From: Lepidodermella squamata
Lineage: Eukaryota; Animalia; Gastrotricha
Reading direction: 5' to 3'
DNA: 64,000 bases
NCBI GenBank assembly: GCA_047495785.1
Contig: JBLDXI010000064.1
Coordinates: 124,001-188,000 of the forward strand
In this document: in pieces, positions 51,794 through 62,575 of the stretch
Numbering within the stretch: position 1 is the first letter of the stretch
Layout: each line of letters opens with the position of its first letter
Translations under genes and position numbers: made by a program
Notes under the pieces: model-generated
Told to the model about the DNA's origin: nothing
Database searches by the model: none
Seen by the model: the letters and a program-made list of their open reading frames with translations, nothing else

Positions 51794-52102
51794 TTGGGCT
51801 CCGTCTTCCGTACAACAGGCGTCTGCCGTCTGCAATGCTGGGGTCTCTTCCTCGTACATGTTTGTAAAATTCATGTTTATTTTGGTCTTTTTCATCAATA
51901 GAATGCCAGGATGTGTTACAAACGCGCGGCTCTTACCCCGTTTTGCGTACCCGGAAACGTTGGCTGCAACAATCCTGGTGACATGAATGCAAGCCTCGTT
52001 TCGTTAACCAATAAATTACAATCCCGCATCGAACTAAAAGTGAACCGATTCACTAACTGCATCCCAGCTGCCGATGGCTGTAATACACTCACCGAATACC
52101 AG
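51794..52102 (+). pseudogene. Scrambled lectin-gene fragment (exon 2, exon 3, then the 3' half of exon 1)
   Basis: Exon 2-like ...CNAG; NARMCYKRAALTPFCVPGNVGCNNPGDMN with the donor mutated to GC; then NRFTNCIPAADGCNTLTEYQ. Confidence 0.72.
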
Positions 52103-52429
52103 GTTTACCACGATTTAAGCGACGCTTAGGCCAGACACTTGAGTTCGTTGCTGCTTCACCAAGTAAATACAACAGCGGTTCGCAACTGTTGTTTTCCTTG
52201 CAACCGTGCACTTGCAAGTGTCCTTGCAAGCGCATTTCGAAAAATCGGATTCATGAACGCATGGCCATTTCACCACTTTGATAGGCATTTCATAAGCTGC
52301 AGGCTGGACACATTTGCTCGGGCATTTATTGGCGACCATATGAAACTTGAGCATTTTTTGCGTCATTTTAGCGTGATAATACTCTTTACGAGCTAAAAAT
52401 AGCTACATAAAAGCTAAATTGCATGCAAA

Positions 52430-52901
52430 ATGCTGTTTCTAAAAGGGTATCATCACGCGAACATGACAATTTCGCAAAATTCCAAAAAAGTCTGATTTGC
52501 TCAAGTTTTATATCATTAGATACAGCAAAAATCAAACAAGATCATATAATTTGTTCTGAATTTTTTGGCGTAAAATAAAAAGTTTTACCGGCCTAAAAGA
52601 CTAAAAATGGCGATTTCTCGTGAAAGTGGCCAACTAAGGGACAATTTAAAAAAAGTTGGAAAATAACCATATTGTAAGACGGGACTCATTCGATAGAGTA
52701 GCGCTCGGCGCTCTTAGTATTCCGGAATATTTTTCTGAAATTTGTGGGAAATGAAAGATTTTCTCTGGGAATTTTAGAAAATAATAAAAAAAACAGAAAA
52801 CTTCCAATGGGCGGATAGGGCGATGAGTGAATAAAAATGAAAGCCACGTGAAAGCCAAAATGAAAGATCGTTACCTTCCGATATTTATTCGGTTTTGTAT
52901 G
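52430..52901. mobile_element. MULE right-end remnant upstream of copy G
   Basis: Matches 23690-23972, including aatgggcggatagggcgatgagtgaataaaaa and the same downstream flank as copy D. Confidence 0.7.
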
Positions 52902-52948
52902 CTGAAAAAGGGTGAATTGTTTCCTGGTGTGCTGTGCAGCCTATGGTG

Positions 52949-53230
52949 AAGAAAAAATGACCAGAGTAAGCACTCAAGCTAAAATATTGATATCCAATAT
53001 TATTGAAGTGCGTTCTCAAAAATTTTCTACCAAATTTTGCATGCTTATAGACCGCGAGCTACTCTTTCACGTGGTATAAGATTTGAGGTGGGCAGTTGGT
53101 GCTCAATCTACAGGCATGCAAAATTTGGTAGAAAACGGAGATATCCGTTTTGAGAAAGTCAACTTTGAATTAAAATGAAGATTTAGAAATTTTAGCTTGA
53201 GTGCTTACTCTGGTCATTTTTTTCTCTATG
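52949..53230. mobile_element. MITE in the copy G upstream region
   Basis: aaaaaatgaccagagtaagcactcaagctaaaat / attttagcttgagtgcttactctggtcattttt; absent at the paralogous site 24016. Confidence 0.7.
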
Positions 53231-53570
53231 GGTGTAGGATCGATTAAAACCATGAATTTTTTATATTATTTCATTTTCATTAATAGTTTGTGCCCGATTG
53301 CGTCAATTTTTTGTTTATTGTTTTCTTCACAAATCATAATACAATCAAAAATGCTTTAAAACTGTACTAAACCAGGAGAAAAACGGACTTGAACTCTTCC
53401 AGACGCGTCGAAGGAGAAACAGACACGCGACACGTTCCATCGCATCACATGGAGTTTCGCCATAAAAAATATCAAAAACAACAACGCAACGTCATTCACG
53501 ATTGATTCGATACAATTTTTACAAAATTCATATCGTGAATTTTTAATTTATTTTTTCCAAGGCTCATTCG

Positions 53571-56500
53571 ATGGTTTCGTATCACTTGGCTCTGCTGCTA
53601 ACCCTATTGCTGGCGTCAAGTGACCCGGTTTCGAGTAAAGAATTGAACTGGGTCCGCTGCTTCTCACAGGTCAGCAACCGATTCACCAACTGCGGACCAG
53701 CCGCCGATGGCTGTAATCCACTCACCGAATACCAGGTTTGCAAGGATTTACTTTTATGCAGTAACCTGATGATTGTTGAATTTTTCACCAACTAGTGGGG
53801 CGGCATTTTTCGAACAACTGGCGTCTGCAACACTGGGGTTAGTTCTATTCTTCTGTTTATTCTTGTTAATTAATTCCTCTGTTTTGCCGATAGAATGCCC
53901 GAATGTGTTACAAATACGAGGCTCTTACTCCGTTTTGTGTACCTGGTAACATTGGCTGTAACAACCCGGGTGATATGAATGTAAGTCTCGTTTCATTTTC
54001 TGAAGTCTCAAAAATGAAAATAGTCTCTAGATATTTCTCTGCTTTTCTCACATCTGTCTTCAAAGGGGCAATGAAAAGACGAAAATTGAACATAATTCTT
54101 TTGATCCCTAGCAAATTTCAAGATGAGGTTCCGAGAATTCTGAATAATGACCAGCATTAAATTCTGATCTGTAAATTGGTTGTAATTCGTTGAACCAACC
54201 ATAGATAAATAAGTGAGAAAAGACAGGAAAGTCATGCATGAGCATTGTACCGAAATGGTTGAACGCTCGTCCATTTTCGTTTTATCAAAATGTTGGCACT
54301 TTTTCAAGCCTCACTTCTCACTCGTATTGCATAGCCCACCTGGCATACGCTGCGCAAGGCTTCAGTCTTAATGGTCGGGCATCTTACCCAGATTCCGTAC
54401 TTTTTCGAATTTTATTCATAGCGTCGAAATTTGCTGCTCAGCCGCATGGAAGCGTTGTTGAAAAAATCTAAAAAATTGTTTAACTTTGGAATTTTTTAGC
54501 CAAAATGGTAAGTCGTATTTTGGCGTTTCCTTTTGGCTATAGGTACATCTACCTATGCCTATAATACCAGCCAAAAGAGCAACTTTGGCTTATGCAAGTG
54601 AGACGAGCGATAGAGTGGAATTGGAAGTGTGTTTGAGCCAAGTCTGAAACTTTTACAGGATGTAGACGAAGGTGTGATAGCATCATGGGCCGTCGTGCGG
54701 CGGAAAATTCGACTTACCATTTTGGCCAAAAAATTCTTAAGTTGGTAAATTTGTTTATAGAAATTTTTTATAGACAATCCCGCGCGGCTGAGCAACAAAT
54801 TTCGACGCTATGAATAAAATTCAAAAAAGTACGGTATCTGGGCAAGATGCCCTTGAATATAGACTGAGGTCTCGTGCAGCGTTCGCCAGGTGGGCTGTGC
54901 AATACGAGTGAGAAGTGAGGCTTGAAAAAGTGCCAAAATTTTGATTAAACGAAAATGGACGAGCGTTCAACCATTGGTCACAGCTGACGCCGAATTTCGG
55001 AACAATGCTCATGCATGAGTTTCCTATCTTTTCTCACTTATTTATCTATGGAACCAACAAAATCTCATTCTTTTTTCTATTTTATTTTTTTATTGTTTTA
55101 ATATTTGCCGCAGACGTTCTGGTTCAACGATCAGAATGCGACGTTGAGCTTGAAATACAACCTCAACGAATGTGAGAAACAGAAAGCTGCATTCGGGGTA
55201 AGAATTCGGGAAACTTGGTCATTACGCATTGTTCTTTATAATATTGTATCATTCCAGACTTTGAAATTCCGGCGCTGTACGTCGAACAACGTAATCAAGA
55301 CGTGTGTGCCAGATCCTTATTCCTGCCCCGACAACTGGGTGCGTCCTTTCCGCAATCATGGGCGCGGTAGTTGTTGATTCTCGGTTTCGTTTCGTCTACA
55401 GGTTACTGGATCACTTTTGTATCCCGATCTCGCGTCTTGCATCAGTGGAACAGGTTTGTGAAATTGATTTATTTTATCGGAGTTAAGTGACATGAGATAA
55501 TATAAATATAATTTAAAAAAATATTTTTTTTACTGTGAGAGAGGAAACCATGGCTTATAGGGGGTTATTCGAGGGAGTTATTATTGGAGATAATATTATT
55601 CGAAGAAAATCGGTATTACAAAAGTTTGAAATATTAGCCAGTGAGATTTCCTGATTACCAATGAAGGCAGTGCACCGGAAAGGATCATCTAGTTAGGGCT
55701 ATTGTGTGCTCATACTTTTTCAAATCAAAAGCGGAATTTCCAGTTATTTCTCCTAGACTGTACTTCCTCATTCGTCATTACGCTAGGTTCCTTAAAGTAC
55801 GATCGAATGAGTCAGCAATCTGGTTGCTTTGGCGCGTCGCTATCGATATGCATAGTTATTTTGAAAAGCACAGACATTTCTTTTTCGTCAAAAGTCGAGA
55901 TTTAAAATGTAAGCAATATTTAAATTATTTTTGACTGGGAATTAGGATGTCTCAAACAGTGAATTTTATTTATTTAATTTACCGCTTGAATCAGGGACCT
56001 TCTTTAATCGATCATCGTCAATTATTGTCCCATTTCTCATGTTTCGTGTTCTATTTCAATTGTCTTTTTCCCTAAAATAACACGATTGTTTATCGCCAAG
56101 TAGTTCTGTCGGTTTATATTATTCGCTAAAAATCGGTTTTATTTCGGCGCCCTTAATAACCTCGGTACCGGGCTAACCGGGCTTAGAAAAAATATAAGCC
56201 TTCACAGGCTTACCAGTTCTAAACACGTGATTTTTTACGCAAACCCGGATAACGGGAGCTTCGAAGCCCCTGCGTCCTGGTACGTCTCATGGATTAAGGC
56301 GCTTTGTTTTCGTCTTCTTCAGTCACGGTCCCTGTGCATACAAGTCCGGGTTTTGCAGAGTGACCTAGATGATTCATGTGCAATTATTATTGCTATATAT
56401 CATGTGTGTAGTAGTCTTATGTTTAGCTATGCGCGCTGGTGGTGCGGTGGTGAGGTCGTGCAGTCGTTCACTTGTTATTTTTATCAGTCGTAAAGCCATT

Positions 56501-59500
56501 CGTTTTTCGAGCTATTTGCGAAATTCATCTGAATAAAATGAGTGAAACTGCGAAATCGCGATCACGCAATCGGCGAAAAAGGCAGCGCAGGAGTGAGCGC
56601 AGAGCTGCTCATCATCAGCAACAACAGCACAATCGCTTTGAAAAACAGGCCGATATTCGATCAATGTTCGCCAAATCGAAAAATAATCAGCAGTCTGAAA
56701 CCGGTTTATCGGAAAATGAAGGCGATGAATCGTTTCTTCATGAGGAATTTGGACAGCAGGAACAAGCAGGCGCGCATCAAGCCGAGCAAATCGAGCCCAT
56801 CGAAATCAGCGATACAACGCTCGACTCTTCGGTTTCTACGGCAAGTTATGGCTCTTGGAACTACATCAGGGCGGTGTCAAAGCGGTTTGACAAAGGTTAG
56901 TATCTGGAAATGCTTGACACTGAGAGTCCTAAATAGTCCGAATTTATATAGTTCATGCCGCGAATTCACGCGTTGAGTGGACCTTTAGCGACCGGAATCG
57001 ATTGCGACATGTGTTCGCCTTCTACACGAAACGCGGTAAATTGGCGACTGCTCCCAAAAGCTTATTAAAATTCTGGATGCGGATTACTCTGTCCGATAAA
57101 AACCTTGATGCTGAACTTGGGAGAAGCCAAAACGCAATCTGCCGGCAAATTTCGAAACTCGATGAGCTCTGCCGAGCCGGGCTTTTTTCTTTCGTCTGGT
57201 CCGCACAAGATAAATATGAATTGCATTTCGATCGAGCTCGAGATGAGTATGTGTACACGAAAAGATGATATTTTGCCGTGTTATCTGATGATGATGAGTT
57301 CAAGAGTAGAGGCTGAATAAAAAACATTCTTTCTACATTTTCGAATTTTACTTTTAAAAATTAAAACTTGAAATGAGAAGTAAAGCTGACAAAATTGAAG
57401 TATCAAATTTTCAGATTGTCTTTCATGTTCTGAATTCTCATGAGCTGAGAAGACAACGGCCAGAAATTAGAAGTTTGACTGCTAACTGTTGCGCGCAGCT
57501 CTTTGATGAGTAGTTCGATGCTTTCAGCGGACAAAGCGGCCAGATTAATATTTCGTTTCAACAGCTCGTATGTGTGGCTCGAAAGGAGATGTGCGTATGA
57601 CGTGACAGGACCAACATGCGTCTTCCAGAGCGATGCATAACGCGGCATGAAGAACTTGCCCTTTCCTTTTTTCCGATTTTCCTTGATATCGTCAAACGCG
57701 GCACATGATGCGATGCAAAGCTTCCGAAGACCGGCTAAAGAAGTAAGAAAGTCGTTTTCTTTGATTCGGGCAGATGACTTCACTTTTCCGAAAACTTTCT
57801 TTCTCTGCCAATTTTTTGGCAAGAAAAACGCATCAGTCAACGAATTTTGGCTCATATGTTCAGTAAATCGCTTGAATGCCTGAAATTTTAAATCCAAAAT
57901 TAAGTTTTATTTTCACTCTACCACAATTCTACCTGAACAACGCCGTAGTGATTCGAATTTTTAATGCTGACTTTGACTTTCCCCTTCAAAGTTCGGCGGA
58001 CGTCAATAGACAGCTTCGAGTTTTTCGGAGTTCGCTTGATCCGTCTTGAAGAAGCCGCTGATGATTTGTATTTCGACCCAATCTTCAAGAATTCGATGAC
58101 TTTTTTTATTGCTTCGCGTTGACTGAACGCTCTCAACTTTCCGAGAACCTAAAGTTATTTTTCGGATGAAATGTCTTTTCGAAGAGTTTTCCGCTTGCTA
58201 TGCTAACCTGGGTAATCAGTGGTTTCGCAATATTGACTTGAAGATGGAAGAAGTCCGGTATTATCAGCAATTTGTCCTCGCTTAGCCGAATCATAGGCCC
58301 GAAATCTTCCGACCACCCCAGCTTCCCAGCCATTTCGGCCGAATATTCATCGAACTTGCGTCTTTTAGCTGGCAAAGTTGGGTTTCGGACGCTCATCTCG
58401 CAAATAACACAACGATTTTCACTCGACTGATGACCACAGCCAAATATTTTTACCAGCGCCGGGTAATCACAGCAGGTCAGCAGTCTGAAACTGTAGCTTT
58501 TTCCGTCGACTGTTATGCCTTGCTCGACCAGTTTTACAAGCTCGTCGACAGGGGGTTGTAAATATTCTCGAAAATTTCTCGCTGACTCGTTATCATTATA
58601 GACAGCCAATTGGTCTTCATTATCGATCCCGGCTTTCCTTTTCCTGCTCGCCACACAGACATAGGCGGTGACAAGGGGGTCAGCGTAATTCGTCCGGCTC
58701 GCCATCCCATCCACCTTAAACAGTTACTTATAAAGTTTCAATTCTACCTCGAATTTTAATTTATTTATACCTGGAGTCGAATGTCGTTAGTGACCGACGG
58801 TTTCAACTCACCTTTACGGGCCCAAGTACTGGCAAGCGAAAATACCGATCGGAAAGCCGCCTTTCCGTCGCTTATCGTGCTTATAGGGTGCAAAACAGCC
58901 AGCTCGTTCCTAACTTTATAGAATAAATCTTTTGACACTGACTCGAAACCAATGGAACGACGCATTGCTAGCAACTTGCTGGCGTTAATTCCGTAACGCA
59001 ATCCCAGAATCACGAGACTAGTGTAAAAAATATTTAATAAAATTCGATAACTTGACAATTTCTATAACCTTTTAGCACGATTGTTTGCGCTTTCCCTAGA
59101 TTTAGCTGGCTTTTCGCTGGGTACTTCGATTTCCACAACCCCAATGTCATCATACTCGATGGTTAATTTGGCCGATTTCATAATGGCCCCATTCATTATC
59201 TGCGAAAATGGCCATGTAGAAGGTAGCGTCTTCAAAGCAAGTGTCTGCGCCAATTCAGCTCGCGCTCTACGAGTACGAACCTGCACATCAGTAATCGAAG
59301 CTGGCATCCGCTCCAAACGGTGCTTTATCGAGTCCAAGTCAACGCTCACCTCAAAACTGTAAGCAGCGGGCATTTTACAAAACGAAAACACACAGTTTAC
59401 CCATTTTATATCATATATATCGTATTCCTGTCGTCGCAACTGCTTTTTGTGTCACATCAGGGGTAATTAGAAGGCGCGACTTGCGTTGTTTTGATTATAA

Positions 59501-60967
59501 AAGCCCATTATCATTTGCGATAGCTCAGGTCAGTATGAATGTGGGGCGGACTTTTATGGTACACATACGGCAAGGCGCGATTATTATTGTGCATAAATGG
59601 GGTAAATCATTTGACAACAGTGAGGCAAGAGTACAAAAAAATACCATCTCGCCACCTCACGACCGCACCACCAGTGGCACATTATATAAACGATAAAAAC
59701 ACACGTGATGAATAAAATGGACTTTGACCCTGCAAAGCCGGACTACAATGATAACCTCGGTACCGGGCTAACCGGGCTTAGAAAAAATATAAGCCTTCAC
59801 AGGCTTACCAGTTCTAAACACGTGATTTTTTACGCAAACCCGGATAACGGGAGCTTCGAAGCCCCTGCGTCCTGGTACGTCTCATGGATTAAGGCGCTTT
59901 GTTTTCGTCTTCTTCAGTCACGGTCCCTGTGAGCGAGAAGCCGCACATCCGCTGTTTCGACTCGACAACTGGCAAATTCAACGGCTGCCGGCCACAAAGC
60001 ACTGGCTGCTTGGCTAACAATGAGACTCAGCAATATTCGACTAATGTGTTCATCAACTATCAAAGCTGCCTACTCGGAGTAAGTCTTTTCTAATTTACTC
60101 GCATTTGATGCCTAAGCTTGTATATGAACAGAACGCGGTTTCATGCAAAGATTCGTCGAACCGAAGTTCATGCTACGCAGCCTGCCCTCGAGACCTAACG
60201 CAGGTGAAACTTGGCTATTGAAAGATCAAAGTTTCTATGAGTGATTCTAAAACAGGTTAAGCTCTTCTCGGATTCGCAATCTTTTCAGCTGAACCACGGC
60301 AAGTGCATCGATGAAATATCGCCCACGGTGAGTTCGAGCATCCTACTTCGCGAACTGGCGTGGCGTGAGGAAGCACTGCATTATCACCTGACTTTATTAC
60401 TATCATTTTAAAAAATCGAGAGAACATACAATTTTACTTTCTGTCCTGTGACATTTTTAGCCGGCTGCGTATTTCCGTTGCGTTGACAACAGCGATGGCG
60501 CCGTTCACTGCGTCACCGAGTCGACAGGATGCAATGCTGCATCTCAGCTTCGAATTCCGGCTAATGTGGTCTATCCGGACGAGATCACGTGCAAGAACGC
60601 GACCAAGAAGTACACGGCGGTGGGTTATGCGGGTCCCAGAGCCAACAGCACGGCTAAATGCGTCGATGTCAATGCTACGTTGGCGACGATTAGGTCTGAC
60701 GCGGAGCTGGTTGCTGCTAAACAAGCGCTGACGGCGAGGGGGGCTGTTAGCGGTTGGATCGCTCTCACTCGCCAAAACGGTGAATTCAGATGGGATGATG
60801 GATCCAGTTTCACTTACGTCGATACGCAATGGAATGCTGGTGATGGCGACTGCGTTAAACTTGTATTTATAAATGCCAATGGAAGTGATGTCCAAGTCGG
60901 TGATTACTACTATGAGCTCAGTGGTTGTGAGAGCTATACACGCAGTGTCTTATGCGAGTCGTTTTAA
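53571..60967 (+). CDS. Copy G: Cys-module/C-type lectin paralog; complete ORF if the downstream exon-7 acceptor (59918) is used
   Basis: Exons at 53571, ~53796, 53894, 55114, 55258, 55401, 59918, 60132, 60256, and 60461-60967; a decoy duplicate acceptor lies at 56323. Confidence 0.75.
54200..55050. mobile_element. Foldback/MULE-type element with ~300-bp TIRs and 8-bp TSD
   Basis: catagataaataagtgagaaaaga / tcttttctcacttatttatctatg; TSD GAACCAAC at 54192-54199 and 55051-55058. Confidence 0.85.
56156..56336 (+). repeat. 181-bp direct repeat, left copy (intron 6 end + first 14 nt of exon 7)
   Basis: Identical by eye to 59751-59931; single-copy in paralog D (~33383-33575). Confidence 0.92.
56538..57268 (+). 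CDS. Transposon accessory protein, 2 exons, ~224 aa: basic NLS-like N-terminus, acidic region, Myb/SANT-like C-terminal domain
   Basis: Exons 56538-56895 and 56952-57268 (56-nt GT-AG intron, phase 1). EWTFSDRNRLRHVF...ELGRSQNAICRQISKL resembles Myb/SANT helices 1 and 3. AATAAA at ~57316. Confidence 0.62.
57403..59373 (-). CDS. RAG1-core/Transib-like DDE transposase, 5 exons, ~583 aa, intact
   Basis: Exons 59373-59069, 59017-58771, 58714-58208, 58148-57933, 57879-57403 (introns 51-59 nt, GT-AG, no stops). Motifs VDGM, DYPALVKIFG-x9-CVIC, DFFH, TSYAHLLSSHTYELLKR...ESIE. Confidence 0.85.
59751..59931 (+). repeat. 181-bp direct repeat, right copy (restores the exon 7 acceptor)
   Basis: Continues seamlessly into the rest of exon 7 (VSEKPHIRCF...). 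Confidence 0.92.
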
Positions 60968-61147
60968 TGAAACACTTTTATTCTGAACATATCCTGGTGA
61001 GATCGTGAAAAGCCGAAGTAAAACAATCAGATTTGGGGAGATAATATGCATCTGACACGTTACAAGTTGATTGATTTTCAGCAATGGCCAAGATCGACGG
61101 CGTATAACTCGCGAATAAAGTATGTGGCATAATCGAACGATGAATTT

Positions 61148-61560
61148 TTGATTAATCTGGAAAAATGTCTGGTAAACAGATTTCGATTCCTACCTATAAC
61201 TATTGAAATTGCAAGATTGTGCCTCAACGAGTTATCCCGTACGAAGCCAACTACAGCAGCCGATGGTGTACCGGAATGTGTGCTTAAAGCAACTGCCGGG
61301 ATATTAGCCCCTCACGTCGGTGTAATTTTCAACAAAATACTAGCAGAAAATCGAATTCCCGAAATTTGGAAAGTCGCCACCGTAAAGCCGCTCTTCAAAG
61401 ACGGGGACAAGGAACTGATTAGCAATTACCAGCCTATATCCATTCTTTCCCCGCTTTTCGGAAGCTGCGAACGCTGTCTAGCCATCCAAATTAAGCAATG
61501 CCTCCACGAATCGAAGTTTCTCTCCTCAGCTCAATTCGGATTCCGCCGCTATCATTCAAT
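61148..61560 (+). pseudogene. Non-LTR reverse transcriptase fragment
   Basis: A.DG.P...LK, IP..WK.A.VKPL.K.GD.....NYQPISIL, QFGFR; truncated. Confidence 0.8.
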
Positions 61561-61704
61561 TTGCTTTTCGCTTTTCGCTTTTCGCTGAATATTTTATAGA
61601 AGAGTGACATAAATTTGTTACAAGTCGGCCAAAACTGGGTGGAGGGTGATTTTGCACATTCGTATTGCACATATAACAGTTGTATAATTAGTATCGGCGT
61701 AGAA

Positions 61705-62507
61705 GTAGTCGAGAGAAACTCAGCCGTCAAATTTAACATCAGCAACCCACTGCGCTGCCTCGAAAGTGAAACTGGATTCATCATGCCATTTGAATGCGCA
61801 GTTTTGCCGGGTTTGAGAGATCAATAAATTATTTGTGTGCTTCTTTGTTAGGCCACTTTTTAGGCAGAGTTACCAGTAATTTATTCGAAGCTATTTTCGA
61901 AGCCGTTTTTATCGATGAAGTCGGCTTATCGCCTTAACCCATTCAGCCAAGGAAAAAAAATCGAATTTTTGGAATTTCCAGCAAATTAAGGAAGAAATCG
62001 GAAAATCGACAACCACATGCTATTCTAAGGCCCGATGCGCATATTTCCCATCAGTTACTGATTTCAGTGAAATTTTCAATTTCGCTATTTTTTTAAATAT
62101 AGTATTGTCGTCAAAAATATAGGTCGAGTCGCTATGACAATTCGATATTTTACGGTATAACATATCGTTTCCGACTTTCAAAGTTTGTGAAGTTGTAGCA
62201 GCCGTTGTAGCCGCATCTCTACAACGGCTGATCTACAACGCGAGGTGAAATACTTTCGGACGAAGAGCTTATAGGAAGGGGCGCATTTTCCGAGCCGATA
62301 TCAATGCTTTTATCGATGAAAATGGCTTCGAAAATAGCCTCGAATAAATTACTGGTAATTCTGCCTAACAAGTAGCCTAACAAAAAAAAATTAATTAATT
62401 AATCTCTCAAACTCAGCAAAACTGCCCATTTACATGGCATGATGAATCGAGTTTCACTTTCGACGCAGCGCAGTGATGTTAAATTTGACGGCTGAGTTTC
62501 TATCGAC
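61705..62507. repeat. Foldback element with ~230-bp arms; partial copy at ~45540-45640
   Basis: gaaactcagccgtcaaatttaacatc...cgaagctattttcgaagcc and its reverse complement. Confidence 0.7.
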
Positions 62508-62575
62508 AAGTGAATTTGCTTGCTGTCGAATCGAAACATCGGATGTGCGGCTGCTCGGTGATCGGAACAGTAACT
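62508..62575 (-). pseudogene. Exon 7 fragment of a further lectin paralog, cut by the foldback element
   Basis: cgcag|..TVPITEQPHIRCFDSTASKFT, nearly identical to copy E exon 7. Confidence 0.7.

Larger units (their letters stand above)
56337..59750. mobile_element. Two-gene DNA transposon with RAG1-core/Transib-like transposase
   Basis: Imperfect TIRs CATACAAGTCCGGGTTTTGCAGAGT / CATTGTAGTCCGGCTTTGCAGGGT; inverted 21-bp subterminal motif; two convergent spliced genes; absent from paralog D. Confidence 0.85.

Noticed and set aside
56538-57268. Calling the convergent gene RAG2-like
   Set aside because: It is too short, with no kelch GG repeats or PHD finger visible; only its position resembles RAG2L.
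56156-59931. Treating the 181-bp direct repeats as LTRs
   Set aside because: The repeat is host intron/exon sequence present once in paralog D; there are no TG..CA ends or gag/pol, and the interior has TIRs and a DDE transposase.
449-60967. Kunitz assignment for the Cys modules
   Set aside because: Only a loose GC...F/Y...C likeness; four rather than six Cys, with different spacing.
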